Shown here piece after piece: positions 11,608 to 24,400 of a DNA stretch of 64,000 nucleotides. The position numbers and the translations under genes were made by a program. How positions within the stretch are numbered: the stretch's first letter is position 1; every line of letters starts with the position of its first letter. The notes under the pieces are model-generated. The model was not told where the DNA came from. It saw only the letters and a program-made list of their open reading frames with translations, and searched no databases. The DNA comes from Acanthaster planci (Eukaryota): positions 3,116,805 through 3,180,804 of the forward strand of contig NW_019091362.1 of NCBI RefSeq assembly GCF_001949145.1, in the 5' to 3' direction.

Positions 11608-12106
11608 AAAAAATCAGGAAAAATACAAGTTTCACAGGTGTTCAACACACCTATCAAATTAAAGCTCACTTTCTCATCTTTAATTTCCCTTTCAATTTTA
11701 GTGGCTTAACCGATAACTTTTGAAGATATTTTTCTCCAGAGAAAATCACCCCTAAAAACAGTCAGGAGGCCCATCGCCATTTTGGAAATTGATGCTTACA
11801 CTCCATGGCAAAATAGAGCAATTTGGAGGGCTCCGTTTGGTCCCATACTTTCAGAAATAGAAGCTGACAGTCCTGCCCCTGGATTTCATCCACCTTTTTA
11901 ACAAACCACCCAGTCCACGTGCCGCAAAAGGCTCTAACAGCAGAGAATTTGAAGCCTACAAATCGTGATTTGGTCCGCGCAGGCAGAATTAGACCCAGAC
12001 TGGCCTGCAACCCTATAACTTCCACCGCGCCTAGTGAGTAGCGTGGAAACGGTTCTCCGTCTGGTGCGTGTACGCACTGAGCCGGCGCGGTCACGTCAAT
12101 GCACAT

Positions 12107-12212
12107 AATACGGGCGTTTCACAATCGTGCGCCACCAAGAGATTGCAATGTGTTGACCAATCACAATGCGCGAAATTTGTCGACCTAATGCACGTTCGGA
12201 AAGGATCGACAA
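12107..12212. mobile_element. Truncated copy (one arm and centre) of the palindromic MITE at 38374-38539
   Basis: aatacgggcgtttcacaatcgtgcgccaccaagagattgcaatgtgttgaccaatcacaatgcgcgaaatttgtcg aligns with the left arm of the 38374 element. Confidence 0.85.
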
Positions 12213-13378
12213 CACAGGTCCCGAGTCCAGAGCGTATTACCACTTTGAACCCATCGTGCCACCTGACCGCCAACGGGATCCCGATCGGGCTGATGATGGG
12301 GCCACCACTGGTGAACGAGGCGGTGAAGGAGACCAAGATCATTTGATAAATACGGTTTGGTAAGTTCCGAGTGAAGGATGCTTTGGATGTTTTTATGTTG
12401 TTATTTTATTCCAGAAAAGTGTGTCAGGCTAGGCGGGCATTCGGGCGCGCAGGCCATATATGTCGTTTTCGTTTCCACGGTGGTACGTAAACAAAAAAGC
12501 ATTTCTGCGTGGCGCCACCAGCCGTACAAACGTAGAGAATTTTTGAAAAACCCGCAGAATTGGTCTATATTTTTATCACATTATCACTATTTATTCAGAA
12601 GTCACAGTGCCGCTTTACATATATAACTTATTATTTAGATACCATGTGTGAGCATATTAAACTGTATTCCTCATTTTTTCCACCACCGTTGGGGTTGCTC
12701 TTTCAAAGCCTAATTTTTGCAAGGTTGCATGATTCTCAGTTTACTACAAACTTAAACTTGAACTTCTAGATTGCCTTTAAAAAAAAGGGTCCGATAATTT
12801 AACGACTGTTGGGGGAAGGAATACAGTTTATTACGTATGGTGGCAGCGACAGTGAAACAACAGTGATAGATAGACTGAGGTTTTCACAAGAAGTGGTATG
12901 TAGGAGGGTATGACTGATAGCCATGTTTATTTATATACTATTAGGTTAAGCAGGGGGAATATGCCGGTTCAAAACCCCACCTATTTTATTGTAGCCCTAT
13001 ACAGCCAAAAAAGTAAAAACCTAAAAATAAATAAATAACTAAAGCGTTCAAATACCCCCAGGTATATGTATACAGTAGTACTTGCAGATTCAATTGACTC
13101 GACAGTGCCTTCTACAGCATCCAATACCCAACTTCGGCTCCGTCTCAGGCTTCACTTTTTTTCTTTTTTTTTTTGCTACCTGGCTTTGAAGCTGTAAGGG
13201 TACTAATTAGTCTAATAGTGCCACAAAGCATCAAATAAGATGCAAGAGAGCAAAAACCTACCGTAATACAATTTGATTTAAACTCTTCAGGCCCACAATC
13301 GGGGATTGGTTTCGGGGACGAAGCCAGAGACGGAGGGGAAGTTGAGTATTGGAATACGGCCTTGGTATAAGATCCCGG

Positions 13379-13504
13379 CGGTCTTCGTACCAACATGCTT
13401 GCCACAACGACATGGAAAGTGACCGTGACCCCACCCAGTAGCAGCATTGCTCCTTGGCACCCGTACACGTTCACAAGGAATAATTGAGTTACAGGGCCAT
13501 AGAG
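13379..13504 (-). pseudogene. Decayed SLC16 paralog fragment (TM5-TM6 region)
   Basis: LYGPVTQLFLVNVYGCQGAMLLLGGVTVTFHVVVASMLVRRP matches the SLC16 pattern P.tq.li..YGWRGa.lllgg...h..v...l.RP, with the conserved W changed to C. It lies upstream of the ATG exon, so it cannot belong to that transcript in order. Confidence 0.7.
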
Positions 13505-13787
13505 CGTCTTACTACACATGATAAATATTCATGAGCAAATTGGAGCGCGTCATTACCTCGCGTCAGGGAAGTAGAAATGACGCGCGACCAGATGACGTCA
13601 CAGCTTTTTCTAGTAGCATAAAAACATCCCTCTGGAACCTGCCTCGTATATATGTAGTCTGTATCATGTAATCTTTAAGGAACCAGTCTGGAGTTGTATC
13701 CTAATAACTATTACAGTAAAGACCCAAAACGTATGTCACCACCAGGCTACATATGCAGCAAGGTATGAGACGTATACCCAGCAAGAA

Positions 13788-13936
13788 ATGAGACCGAGGG
13801 TTACCCCCCTAACATGTCCAATCCCTATACACATTCCAGACTATTGTTACTTTACACCCCCCCCCCAAGATGTCTGAAAGGAATTCCCAAGATTCCTGCG
13901 AGACAATGACCAACACAAAGCAGGGGGGTTCTCTCC
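13788..13936 (+). repeat. About 150 bp direct repeat, copy 2 (partner 8021-8166)
   Basis: Same shared blocks as copy 1. Confidence 0.8.
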
Positions 13937-15232
13937 GTCTCATACCTTGCTGCATATGATGGTTCGTCAACAAAAGACAGTTATACATCGCCGAACAATC
14001 TGGGCTCTGTTAACAAGGCTGAAGGCCTGGCTGAAATGCTCGGGCGTCAATGAAGGTCACCTGTCAACTTAGAGTAGCGCCTAAAGATTACTTCGTGCTG
14101 CTGTAAACGACCGTTAAATGAAATGATGAATTTTTGAAAGATTTTGAAAACGGAAAAAATTATAGTCATGCCGGCCCAGCATCATCAACATTGAAAAATG
14201 CCCCGGCATGAAGTGGTTTTAAAATGTGCTGGGAGCCATACTATTACGGCCCATTTGCACATTGGTTTCCCACGGGACTGTTTAGACGGAGTCGACAAAC
14301 CGTGCAAAAGCCTGGGTGCCGATAAACCGATACTTAGAATCTTGAGCGCTTTTTTCAAAGATGAAGGGTGAACCGGCGCATCCTGGCCAATCAGTGGCCT
14401 TGTTAGGACTGACTTCAATGAGAGGCAAGGACTGACTGGTATGGCAGAGTGCTTCCTTGTCTCGGCTGCGAATCTTTCAGTTACCTGGGGAACTACCGGT
14501 AACTGTTATTGTGGAGTCAGTGATTCGGATCTGCCCCGAGTGGAGTCAAGAAAGGGAGCATTTTCCTAGCAACAGGGGCTCCTTTGGTAGGAACTGCACT
14601 GCGCAAACAACTACGAAACGCACGCGTTATGACAACCTCGCTATACGCGAATACTCCCGACCACAACAGGTGCTTCTGCTCAAGGCGGATATTGAGCACT
14701 TATGAGCAGGTTTCCATTTTGTGTGCAAATGTAAAATACCTCGTGAAATACCACTTCTGTCACGCCGAAATAAACACTTTCCATTAAAATCCTACGAAGA
14801 GGCACTGACGTTACATGTGGACGTCGGTCTTGCTAATTTCTTAACTTTTAAGTGATTGCATGAGGACGATAGTAGGCCTATAGGCAATGTTACTTTTATG
14901 GAACAAGGACTGGGAAGGGGGTATGATCCTGGCCCATCCCCCGCCGTCCAAATGGGACGATTATATCCACTATACCCCTGGATTTAAGCCCATGCAAGGT
15001 ACCTCGAGAAATTATTGTCATCATTGCACGAATGTGAAACATACATTATTTCTTTTATACAATACAAGCATAAATCCTCTTGCGAGGAGAACAAAGCAAA
15101 TTAAATTAGAAAATATGTTACAATTTGGAATGGGCACACACAGACCCGTAAATTGACGACAAAGCTCGCAATTCGTTCAACTAGAAGGCTCAAAACTTGC
15201 ACGGGCTAACCTAGCTGCGTTGAATGTCTTAC

Positions 15233-15410
15233 CTTGAGAACGGATCCGAAAAAAAAATCAGTTGTAAGATCCGAGTCCATGATTCTTCAAATTGGTACAC
15301 GGGATCCATCAGCCTAGACTTAAAATGTGCCCGCTTTTCTTTCCAAACCACCAGTCCGTCGGCTAACGTTGGCCAAAGTACACGAACGGCCACGCGGAAC
15401 ACCATACAAT
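15233..15410 (-). other. Candidate non-coding exon on the - strand (possible distal 5' UTR exon of SLC16, or lncRNA)
   Basis: Strong donor aag|gtaaga at 15233 in a CpG-rich region. No convincing ORF. The 5' boundary is a guess. Confidence 0.25.
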
Positions 15411-17899
15411 CAGGAAAATGTTCACGAACAGTGCAAAACTCCTACATTAACCACAAAAGTATACCTGTCTACAACATGAACACTATATAGCGCATTCACA
15501 TGTTTCAGTCATGGAGTTGGTATTGAGTATATAATACCTCTAGTATTGGGTTAATAAAAAGACAAGACATGCCCCAACTGCATGATGATGGGTTGGAATC
15601 AAGTTAAAGGAACCACGGAATTTTATGACTTCAATACATGACGAGCGATGTTAATCAGATGTTAGAATGTTTTTACACCTCTATTGTAGCACTAAAAGGA
15701 GAAAATTCAACATTCTGCATTTTTCTAATGAAAATGTCGTTATTCACGAGCCAAAGCGTGATGTCATTTAAGGAAAAACGACGTCTCCATAGTTCGTGAT
15801 GATAATGAGAAAACGCGTGGCATCGTCTGTGAAATCTGTGAGCATGAGCTCGTCCTACACCGTATGTGGAATGGCTTATGTACACAGTTCAAAAACTGTT
15901 CTTTCCGCAAGCGGAAACGAGAGCAAAATGGTTTGGAAACCCGTCTGTTCCTTCAAGAATCAGCGTAGCTAAGCCCTGAATAAATGGATAGCGTGACTTC
16001 AACTACATGAAAATCACATTAACACAAACAAGATAATCATTGCAAACAGAAAGACTAAATTTGCAAAAATGCATAGCTTGATCTCAGAGAAATAAACTCA
16101 ACAATAAAACGAACGAAGTAACTTTTGACTATTAAAGTATCGCAAGAATTTTGATAATTAAACCAACAACAATAAACGACCCTTCCTTTTCCCGCTATGA
16201 GAAACTTCTTAAGTCTTATTTTTCGATATGGTGGTCAGTGTTGAATAAATCTCGAGGGCAAAGGGAAAAATACGAGAGGAAGTCCATTCACAGATCTAGC
16301 ATGAACAAAAGTAGAAATACTTTACATTTGATTAACGATGCTAATTAATAGCTATCGAGGCAAACCGTCGCTTTAAAACAGAGGAACCATTATCAAACGA
16401 TATAAAAACAGGAAGACAATTCAATCAGTTTAGAAAAATTACGTTTCCACTCTACATTACAGATTCAATCTGAAATGGAATAAAGGAGGTATGTACATTA
16501 AACTGCGAATGAACTCTTCAGAGAAAGCAAAAGAACATAAAACAAAAAAAGTTACCCCATAAGAGAATCATCTCCTGTAAACCTATTCGTAATTACAAGA
16601 GCCTTACTTACAAAAGATTAGCTTCACCAATAAACACCTCATACAGCAACGCCACACTGTACTTTTATTCGTGGAGCTGTAATTTCAGGTAACCAGTTTT
16701 CTTTTCAGTGGCTGATAAAAACATTCTTCGCATTAGTACTGTACTAGATGATTTCTAGACCCATGACCCATTCCTAGAACCCATCCGCTCGTCGCCCAGC
16801 GCCCGCGCAGGGGGCGCACGAGGGCCTAGGGAAGACCACATGAAAGGAATAGCGCCCTCCTGAAGTAAGTTACAAAGTAGAACCGTTTTCTTTGTCCCCG
16901 AGCAAATAAACAGCGCATCATGTCAAGTGAAGGAGGATTATTTTAGCATTTCAGGATACAAGTGAAAAATGATTCAGCTCACTTTTATCCTCATTAAAAA
17001 AAACCTCGTTACCATCTCCACTATAAAATATTCTTATCAGCATCACCGTAATGTTTGAAATATAACTTCAATTATTAAATAAGCCCTCTTAACTTGAAAA
17101 TTCACATCGTGACTCAAAACTCGGCAATCATGATAATGCACTTGAAGGGATGCATCACCAAATTGGTACATTAACGCAGTGGTTTTTAAGGTTGTAGGTA
17201 TTATTGGTTCACATTTCTGAACACGAAGCTATTCTAGTACGCCGTAAGCCGAAATGCCGGGGAGGGGGGGGTTGAGGAAACCACCACCACCCCAAGCATA
17301 CCGGTAGTTCTTTGCTGGAAGCCTCGTTTGGCTTTGACCATTGTGACAACTTTATTTCGCGGGCTTCCTTTGTACCTTGAATTAACAGGGCCTCTGCTAC
17401 CAAGAAAAATCATGAATGGTGCACGGCTCTTGTCAAGTGTTACGAAAAATACACTAGAATAGAGCGGTTTGCATAACTTGAAAAGCTATTGTGATGCTCA
17501 GTACAGGGATTGCTCCGAACCACGTGAAACCGTCGCCCAACTTTTGCAGCATTATGTGGTGTTTGAATGAATACATATACTGTGGAGATCGAGGGAGCCA
17601 TTTTACTTTTAGGGAGTCGGGGATATGGCTTCCCAGCAAAGTCTCTGTGATTCCCTTTGGTTTTATGTTATGTCAGTGATTCTTTTGAATGAAAATAATT
17701 AAGCAAAACTGAATGCATAGTTGTCTTCTCTAAAATGAATAAAAATGAAATGGAGACGGGGGATAAGAGGGGGGTATTGATTTGGGGGGTGGAAAAATCA
17801 TGCGTATTATCTATCTGGCGTCTGGGCATTCGCTTTTTTGAAGTTTGGAGTTAATTTTGGAGTAAATCTTTTAAACCAAATGAATTTCTTCACCATCAG

Positions 17900-18324
17900 A
17901 GAGCAGAGCTTATCGACGCGCGTCAGTCGCTTTATGTTGAAATGGAGTTGGTTGGCAACTCGGCATCACTGCCTGTGTCAAAAACCACATACTCCACAGC
18001 AAATATAGACGCAAAGCCAAGAAAGCACTTGCAAATTAAGTTAAAGTGCTTTCTCTTAAATTGTAAAATAATTTCGTAACATTGCTGCACTCGCATGCAC
18101 GGCACGAGGGTGAGTGATGTCTTAAACTAACTTCAAATACTATTCACCCAGACGTTGCGTACAATACGGCCATGTGCGACTGCGCCTTCCCACGGTACAG
18201 TCAGTTTTCAACATACGGGATCACGACGTGATGTTGTTCGAGTTGTGGAGGTAATTCCCACGTGCTGCTACAATCCACGGATTTTTTTGGATGTAAACGC
18301 GGTGTAGACGTGGAGCTTCGAGCG
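17900..18324 (+). promoter_or_regulatory. CpG-rich promoter/5' UTR region of the LRP1-like gene
   Basis: High CpG density directly before the signal-peptide exon. E-box CACGTG at 18259 and palindromic ATCACGACGTGAT at 18220. The TSS cannot be determined. Confidence 0.55.
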
Positions 18325-18412
18325 ATGTCATCTCGAAGTTCTGCCATGATGTGGCTGCTGTTGGTTGGAATTTTGACTGTTTTGAGGAGGCCTTTTGGAG
18401 TCGAAGCCGAAG
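18325..18412 (+). CDS. LRP1: LRP1 exon 1 (signal peptide)
   Basis: [29 protein letters not shown], with phase-1 donor G|gtaaga matching the phase of exon 2. Alternative ATGs at 18346 and 18349. Confidence 0.75.
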
Positions 18413-21400
18413 GTAAGAAATTTTGTTTTTGATGTAGGCCTAGGTCTAGTGTGTACATGGTACATTTAGGCTTCAACGGTAGGGCATCAGTCGTGTTTTT
18501 CCCGGTCAAGAAGTTTGCACTTGGATGCCTACTCTACGTTTGTCTACGCCTGCCTCGTTGGCGAGATAGTGATTCGGAACACATTAAGTGTGTGAAAAAA
18601 AAGAGTAGACGGATGATACCACAAAAATGCAATGAGTTCCATGTACGGACAACACTTGATCATGTTTCTGTGCACAAACCTATGACTCTGAGACTTGCCT
18701 GAAAAAACCTGCTTTCTGAGTAGATGTTTGGGAATTTTCCCACCTAAATTTCACTTTTTTTGGACATCTTATCACTTTCTAATGTTGCATCCTGACTCCA
18801 CTTCAGCAGTTGTGTACAAAGTCTATGGGGAGTGAAGAGAATTTTCCAAGTATTTGCCAACAACATCGGTAAATGTTTCTCAGTCCAGAATCCGTGTCTT
18901 TCCAGCATTTCTGTAATTACTGATTTTTATTGAGATAATACATGATGAGAAAGGTGGAGTCAGGATGCAACATTTTTCTCCTTCATTTTATTTGTCCATA
19001 TCCTAATATTTGGAGATAAAGATGGTACATGTTAACTGAAGGTGATGGATGGAGACCCCCAAGAAGCATTGCTTGTCAACTGGAGACCCCATGCATGTAG
19101 ACACTAATTACAGGAATAATACATACGGGTAGAAACTACAGGTAAACATCATTACAAATTAATTGCATGTAGAAAAGTAGCACATTCTTGTTCTTGAAAT
19201 AAAAGACACCTTTCATGAACCATGCTTCCCTTGTGTGTTCCTTAACTTGCAAGCGATCTTTGTTTTTCTCCTTTATATTGCTTCTTAATATGCATAATTT
19301 AACCGTTGCTAACCAAGTAGTTCTTTAAGGTCTCAGTTACATGTATGTTAGATAATTGACGTCTGTTTTGCCTGTTGTACATGTATGTACAATGTAGTTG
19401 AATTTTAAGGTTTACGTTCTCTGAAAGTTTTCTCTCCGTCAGAGTGCAAAATTAAAAAAAAATTCCATATTTGGATGCCACATATTTCCTTGCAGAGACC
19501 AGTTAGCCATCTGAAAGCACTAAAATATACATGTATTTTATCCTAAAAAATCAAATTTTACAATGAAAATATTGAAGTACATGTTATGCATTCACAGAAT
19601 TTGTCAGACCAATCTCATAGGGTTTTTGCACAGGGTGTCAAGCGGCATCTGTTCATATTGAATTCTCTCCATCCTGTTTCCTTCAAATAATCACCTTTAT
19701 CTTGTAATTTTAAACTGTGGAATTTTGTTTTGAAAGGTGAACAGTAAAATCTGAAATTGTAAATTGGATGGAACCCCCAAACTCCTGTAGTCCACAGAGG
19801 ACTGCTGTCCCCACCTCGTGCCTTATTGTCTCCCTCTTACTCCCCCGTTACATGCTCCATGTGCTCTGATCACACAGAATACTAGAGTATGCCGTGGCGA
19901 TGGTATTTCCTTTGTAAGTTTTCTATGTAATGTGCCTGCGTGTATATTTATATCAGTCTGCCATTGATAACAGCTTTGCTGGGGGGGGGGGATTTCTGGC
20001 ATTTTGCCAAAGATTGCCAAATGGCGGGATCCTGTTAGTTCAAGGGTTTCATCATACTTCTTTTTTTTGCCTAGTGTAATAGGCACAGACATGGGTGAAC
20101 AAATGCACACATATTTCACCCTTACATGCCTCTGGGTGGAAAATGTACATGTACACTGTAAGCTTGCTACATGTAGGAAAGAGTGCCATACACGGACATC
20201 GCTTGACATCCCGTGTTCACTTATGAGACTGGTCTGAACATTTATTTTCTATGTACATTTACATGTAAATACTTCATATTGTCCTTGCTAAATTTGACCT
20301 TGTAGGACATGCTTTCACTTTTTGATCGTTGATAACCACTGCAGGGGAAAATAAGTGATGTCCATACAATGTATGGCTCTCTCTCCACCCACTTGTTATG
20401 CCTGACATGTCTGTCTCAACTATGGAACTGCTGCTGGGCTGCCCTATCTACATGTATAGTCGGTGAATCTCTATAGAAAGTTCCTCGACCTTGTCCAAAT
20501 TTATGCAGCTCACACCCAACAAAATTCACCAAAAAAATGCCAACCTGGCATTTCGTCCGCCACATATAAAACTTGTTTCTGCCAGCACAAGTTGTCAATA
20601 AATGAAAATTGACTTTGGCACATGCTGTGGCACGCACTGGCACTCTGTGCTGTAGTTGAGCTGGCTCAACTAGAGCATTGTTGTTTGGATGGCCGCAGCT
20701 GTAGTTGGGACTGATGCCATACATTTAGTTACGCATAATTTAGTCCCAAACTACACAATTTTAAAGTAATTGTATCACTTCCACAGTTTAATCTCACTTC
20801 CATCATTCCACATCTACATGTAGCAAGAGGTTTTAAAGGATTTCCAGCACAGTGGAAGATTGTGGAGTTTTTAATTAAGTCAGTTGCTGCATAGACAGTC
20901 TGTACAGTAAGTGAAGCTGGAATCTGTGGTACCAGTATGTTGGAGCCAAGGTGGCTCAATGCACCGGAAGCTGCTGTTCAGTGCAGTTTAATTTTTTATC
21001 CATATTAGTAAACAGTGCACAAAATACTTCAGCATGGCCGTTGAAATGTGTAGTGACACATCTGTTCTTATCTGTTCAAGAGACAGATTTCTATACACTT
21101 CCAGTTGCATGATCATGGTACTATACAGACACATGTGCATGTTGTAGGCGTTACTGCAAATGTACATACATGTACATGTACATACCAGTATGTACATGTA
21201 CATTACGTAGCAGTGCCCCTCAATTAATCTGGGGAAAGTGGGACAACTGCTTAATAAGTTTTGATCAAAGAGTTCATAAAGGTTGTGTATTCCTTTTAGT
21301 TTGATGCTTGACTGGGCAAAAGCATGACCTTGTGTGCATACATGTAAGGGTTCCGCTCGGTTCATTATCCAAGTTTTCACGTCAACCGGAACGTTGTGAC

Positions 21401-24400
21401 AGAACGCCGTGGGTCGGAATTTGTGAGTTGTATTTCATGGCCCCATACCATTCTTGAAAACCTTTCTGTAGCTTGGGCCTCTTTGTTTGCCGTATTTTCT
21501 GAATTTTTTTTTTTTTTAGTGAAAAAAGAAAAGCTAGCGAGGACAAGCCTATCAACTGAGTGCTTTCCCCCAAGGCTATAATAAAAAGCAGAGAAACTGG
21601 CACAGGCAGATTCCCCATTAATCATTGATCACCTTTATGTTCATGTACACTGTATCATTATGTTAAAAAAATAATATTTCTGCAACATAAAGAACATGTC
21701 ATCTTGTGAGTTCACTATGCATCAGAAATATACGTGCATATAGTCAACTGTGCATCAGACACATTTTTTTAAAAAGTTTTAAACAATCCCGATGAGCTTG
21801 GAGAGTTACATGTGGATGATGCAATGTATTATGTTCTTCACGTGCATCTAGGTACATGTACATTTGTTTACCCATTCGTATTGGTTGACCTCCTTTCATT
21901 GCACTGTTGCTCAAATGAGGTCTGACTTTCTCACAGATATCGATGGAATCGTTCAACTGCGACCAGCGACAACACAACCATGACTATCTGACAGGATGGG
22001 CATGATAAGAGACAGAAGAAGTGACAACATATGGGCATTCCAGGAACCCGTTTGAGAAACTCAATCCTAGGTTTAACAGGATTAAACAAAATTACATTAC
22101 AAAAATTACAAAACAACATTAACAAAATTTAGGATTTTTGGGGGGAGGGTCATTCCGTGGCAATTCATCAGGCTTTGCATTTGACCATCACAGTCTGGAA
22201 TAATTATTTAGAATGATGAATGACGTGCGTGAGAAACCTCCTGAACTGAAATTGTGTGTTTCACTATTTTGGGTAAACAAACTTTCACTCATTTGCATAA
22301 CCATTTAATTTTAAAAACTTGAATCTGAAAAAGTGTAGCACCTATAAAGTCAGGTGATATAAAGTTCATGAGTTGATTTGATTTCACAAAACCAAAAGGT
22401 AGCGTGAAGCACAGAGAAAATGCGTAAAAAGAAAAAGTGAAAGACCTTTGACCTCAATTTCTGAAAATAGATATGCTTCATATCTGTAATTTTTTTCAAA
22501 ATGTCACTTTATCGGTAGGTGGCACAAGATACATTATCCTGAGATAAGGCTGTGCTGCTGAACACTGAAGTATTGCCGCAGTACCAGTACTTTAAAAACC
22601 TTTGTGGGGATTTGGCAATTAAAGGGTTTACATATAATGTATACAGTGCATATATCTCCCTCAGTCTTCGGTCCTAAAGATCAGAGTTCATTCGAAACCT
22701 AGGACCTGGCAAGTGTTTCTCATTGACATGCTTTCTGAACTCCAAAAATAATTGTTTGAGCTGGGCCTATGCTAGGCTGTAAAACTGCTCCAGGTGTTGA
22801 AGAATACACATGTACGTCCACGGACACAGTATGCATGTGCATGTACCAGTATGTCCATGGACATTGTACATGTGTACATGTACATGTATGGACATCATCA
22901 TCCTTAGCCCACAGCCCTGCCGGAATATTTGCTGAAGGCTTGTGGCCAATTATGATGGATTCCGAGAGGCTGGAGAGGCTCACATAACTTACCAGGAAGT
23001 TATTTGGTTTAGTTATTGACATCCTGAACAGTGTCTGAAACCTTTGAGCCTTCTGCCGATGCGTATTAAAAACTTCCTCTAGTGCTATCAAAAAAAAAAA
23101 ATTTAGGCTGTGCACACTTTAAGTATAGGTTTTGAGATTGCTATTTATCTGGATGTCAATAGCTTGCTGTATGTATTGTTTAAATTACTCTTCAACAGTT
23201 GGACTCGGTTCCTGGTGGAAGATGATGTTGCTTTGAATGGCTCAAGTTTCCCTGGGGGTTTAAGAGCAAAATGTATCCCAGTGAAAGCGTTGTTTATGAA
23301 AAAAAATCATGTTTAATGCAATTCATTGTAGAGTTCTCTTAATCTGAATCTTTATTTTCAAAGTGCAGAATGTCAGCATTCAGTGGACTTTCATCTTTCT
23401 GTGTCACATCTGTCTTTTTGTGTATCAGTGGCTGGTAAACTACGGCCAGCCCTAAAAGGCGAAAAATTAATGCACAAAGTGTTAACAACTAAGCTTACAA
23501 CTATCAAAACCACCAAGAAATCATTTTTACTACTGAATACTAGTAGTGGACTGATGCGCAGACAGTATACATGTACTGGTAGTGTTGCTTTAATGTCTCT
23601 GTAGCCAAAAAAAGAGTTGTTTTTCAGGTTCTATATTTAGGGAGAACAGGCAGCAGTAATGTTGTTTTGATGTTGAAAGAGGTCAGCAAGGGAACTTACG
23701 GTAGTAAAAAATTGTTCGAGGTTTTAAACATTATTGATTAAAAGCACTTGTGGTTGATCTCAGTCTTACTTTTGAAGCATTAGTTTGGGTTCCTCTGTTG
23801 AAGGACAGGTATTTGGGCTATACTCAAGGCCATCTCCGTGTCTCTTACAAAGGTAAGAACAAAAGAAAATTAGTAATGTCAGATCAAATAATCATGCTGT
23901 GAATTTACAAAAGTTGAATACGTTTCAAACTCCAGCGAAGTGTGCTGCAAGTATTTCATGACTTCAAATTTGCTGCACTGTTTGGCTGAGGTGTGAACCT
24001 GCCTTCTGGTTAGGTAGGGAAAAAAAGGAAGAAAATTTCCTCAAACGGCATACATGTACCTTGTTCTCAATTGTTAATTGTGAACACTTCAATGATTACA
24101 TGTCAGAATTATTTTACTGAATATAAATCCTTTTGTTTTCCGGCACAATTCCCCTCGAGTTTTTCTTTTTCATCGATCATTACTTCAGGCAGTCCACTTC
24201 AAACAAACCAGCAGACCGGAAAAGCCACTTTGTGGTAGTTTTAAAAAAACCCGGGAATACTTACCAAGCCCATTTTTTTTTGCACCAAAGGGTATTATTT
24301 GGAATTGAAAAGTCTTGTAGGAAGTCCTGTGAATGAACTTTGTGGGTGTGTGCCCATGGCCCTAGAGTGTGAGGGGAACATGTGTAAATCACAGGTCTGT

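Noticed and set aside
14517..14730. THAP domain suggested by LRSAVPT and WKP on the - strand
   Set aside because: No C2CH signature or CS.HF motif in any frame, so the AVPT match is likely chance.
21938..22070. Possible extra + strand exon in intron 1
   Set aside because: In-frame stop when joined to exon 1, weak donor (gtttaa), no recognisable domain.
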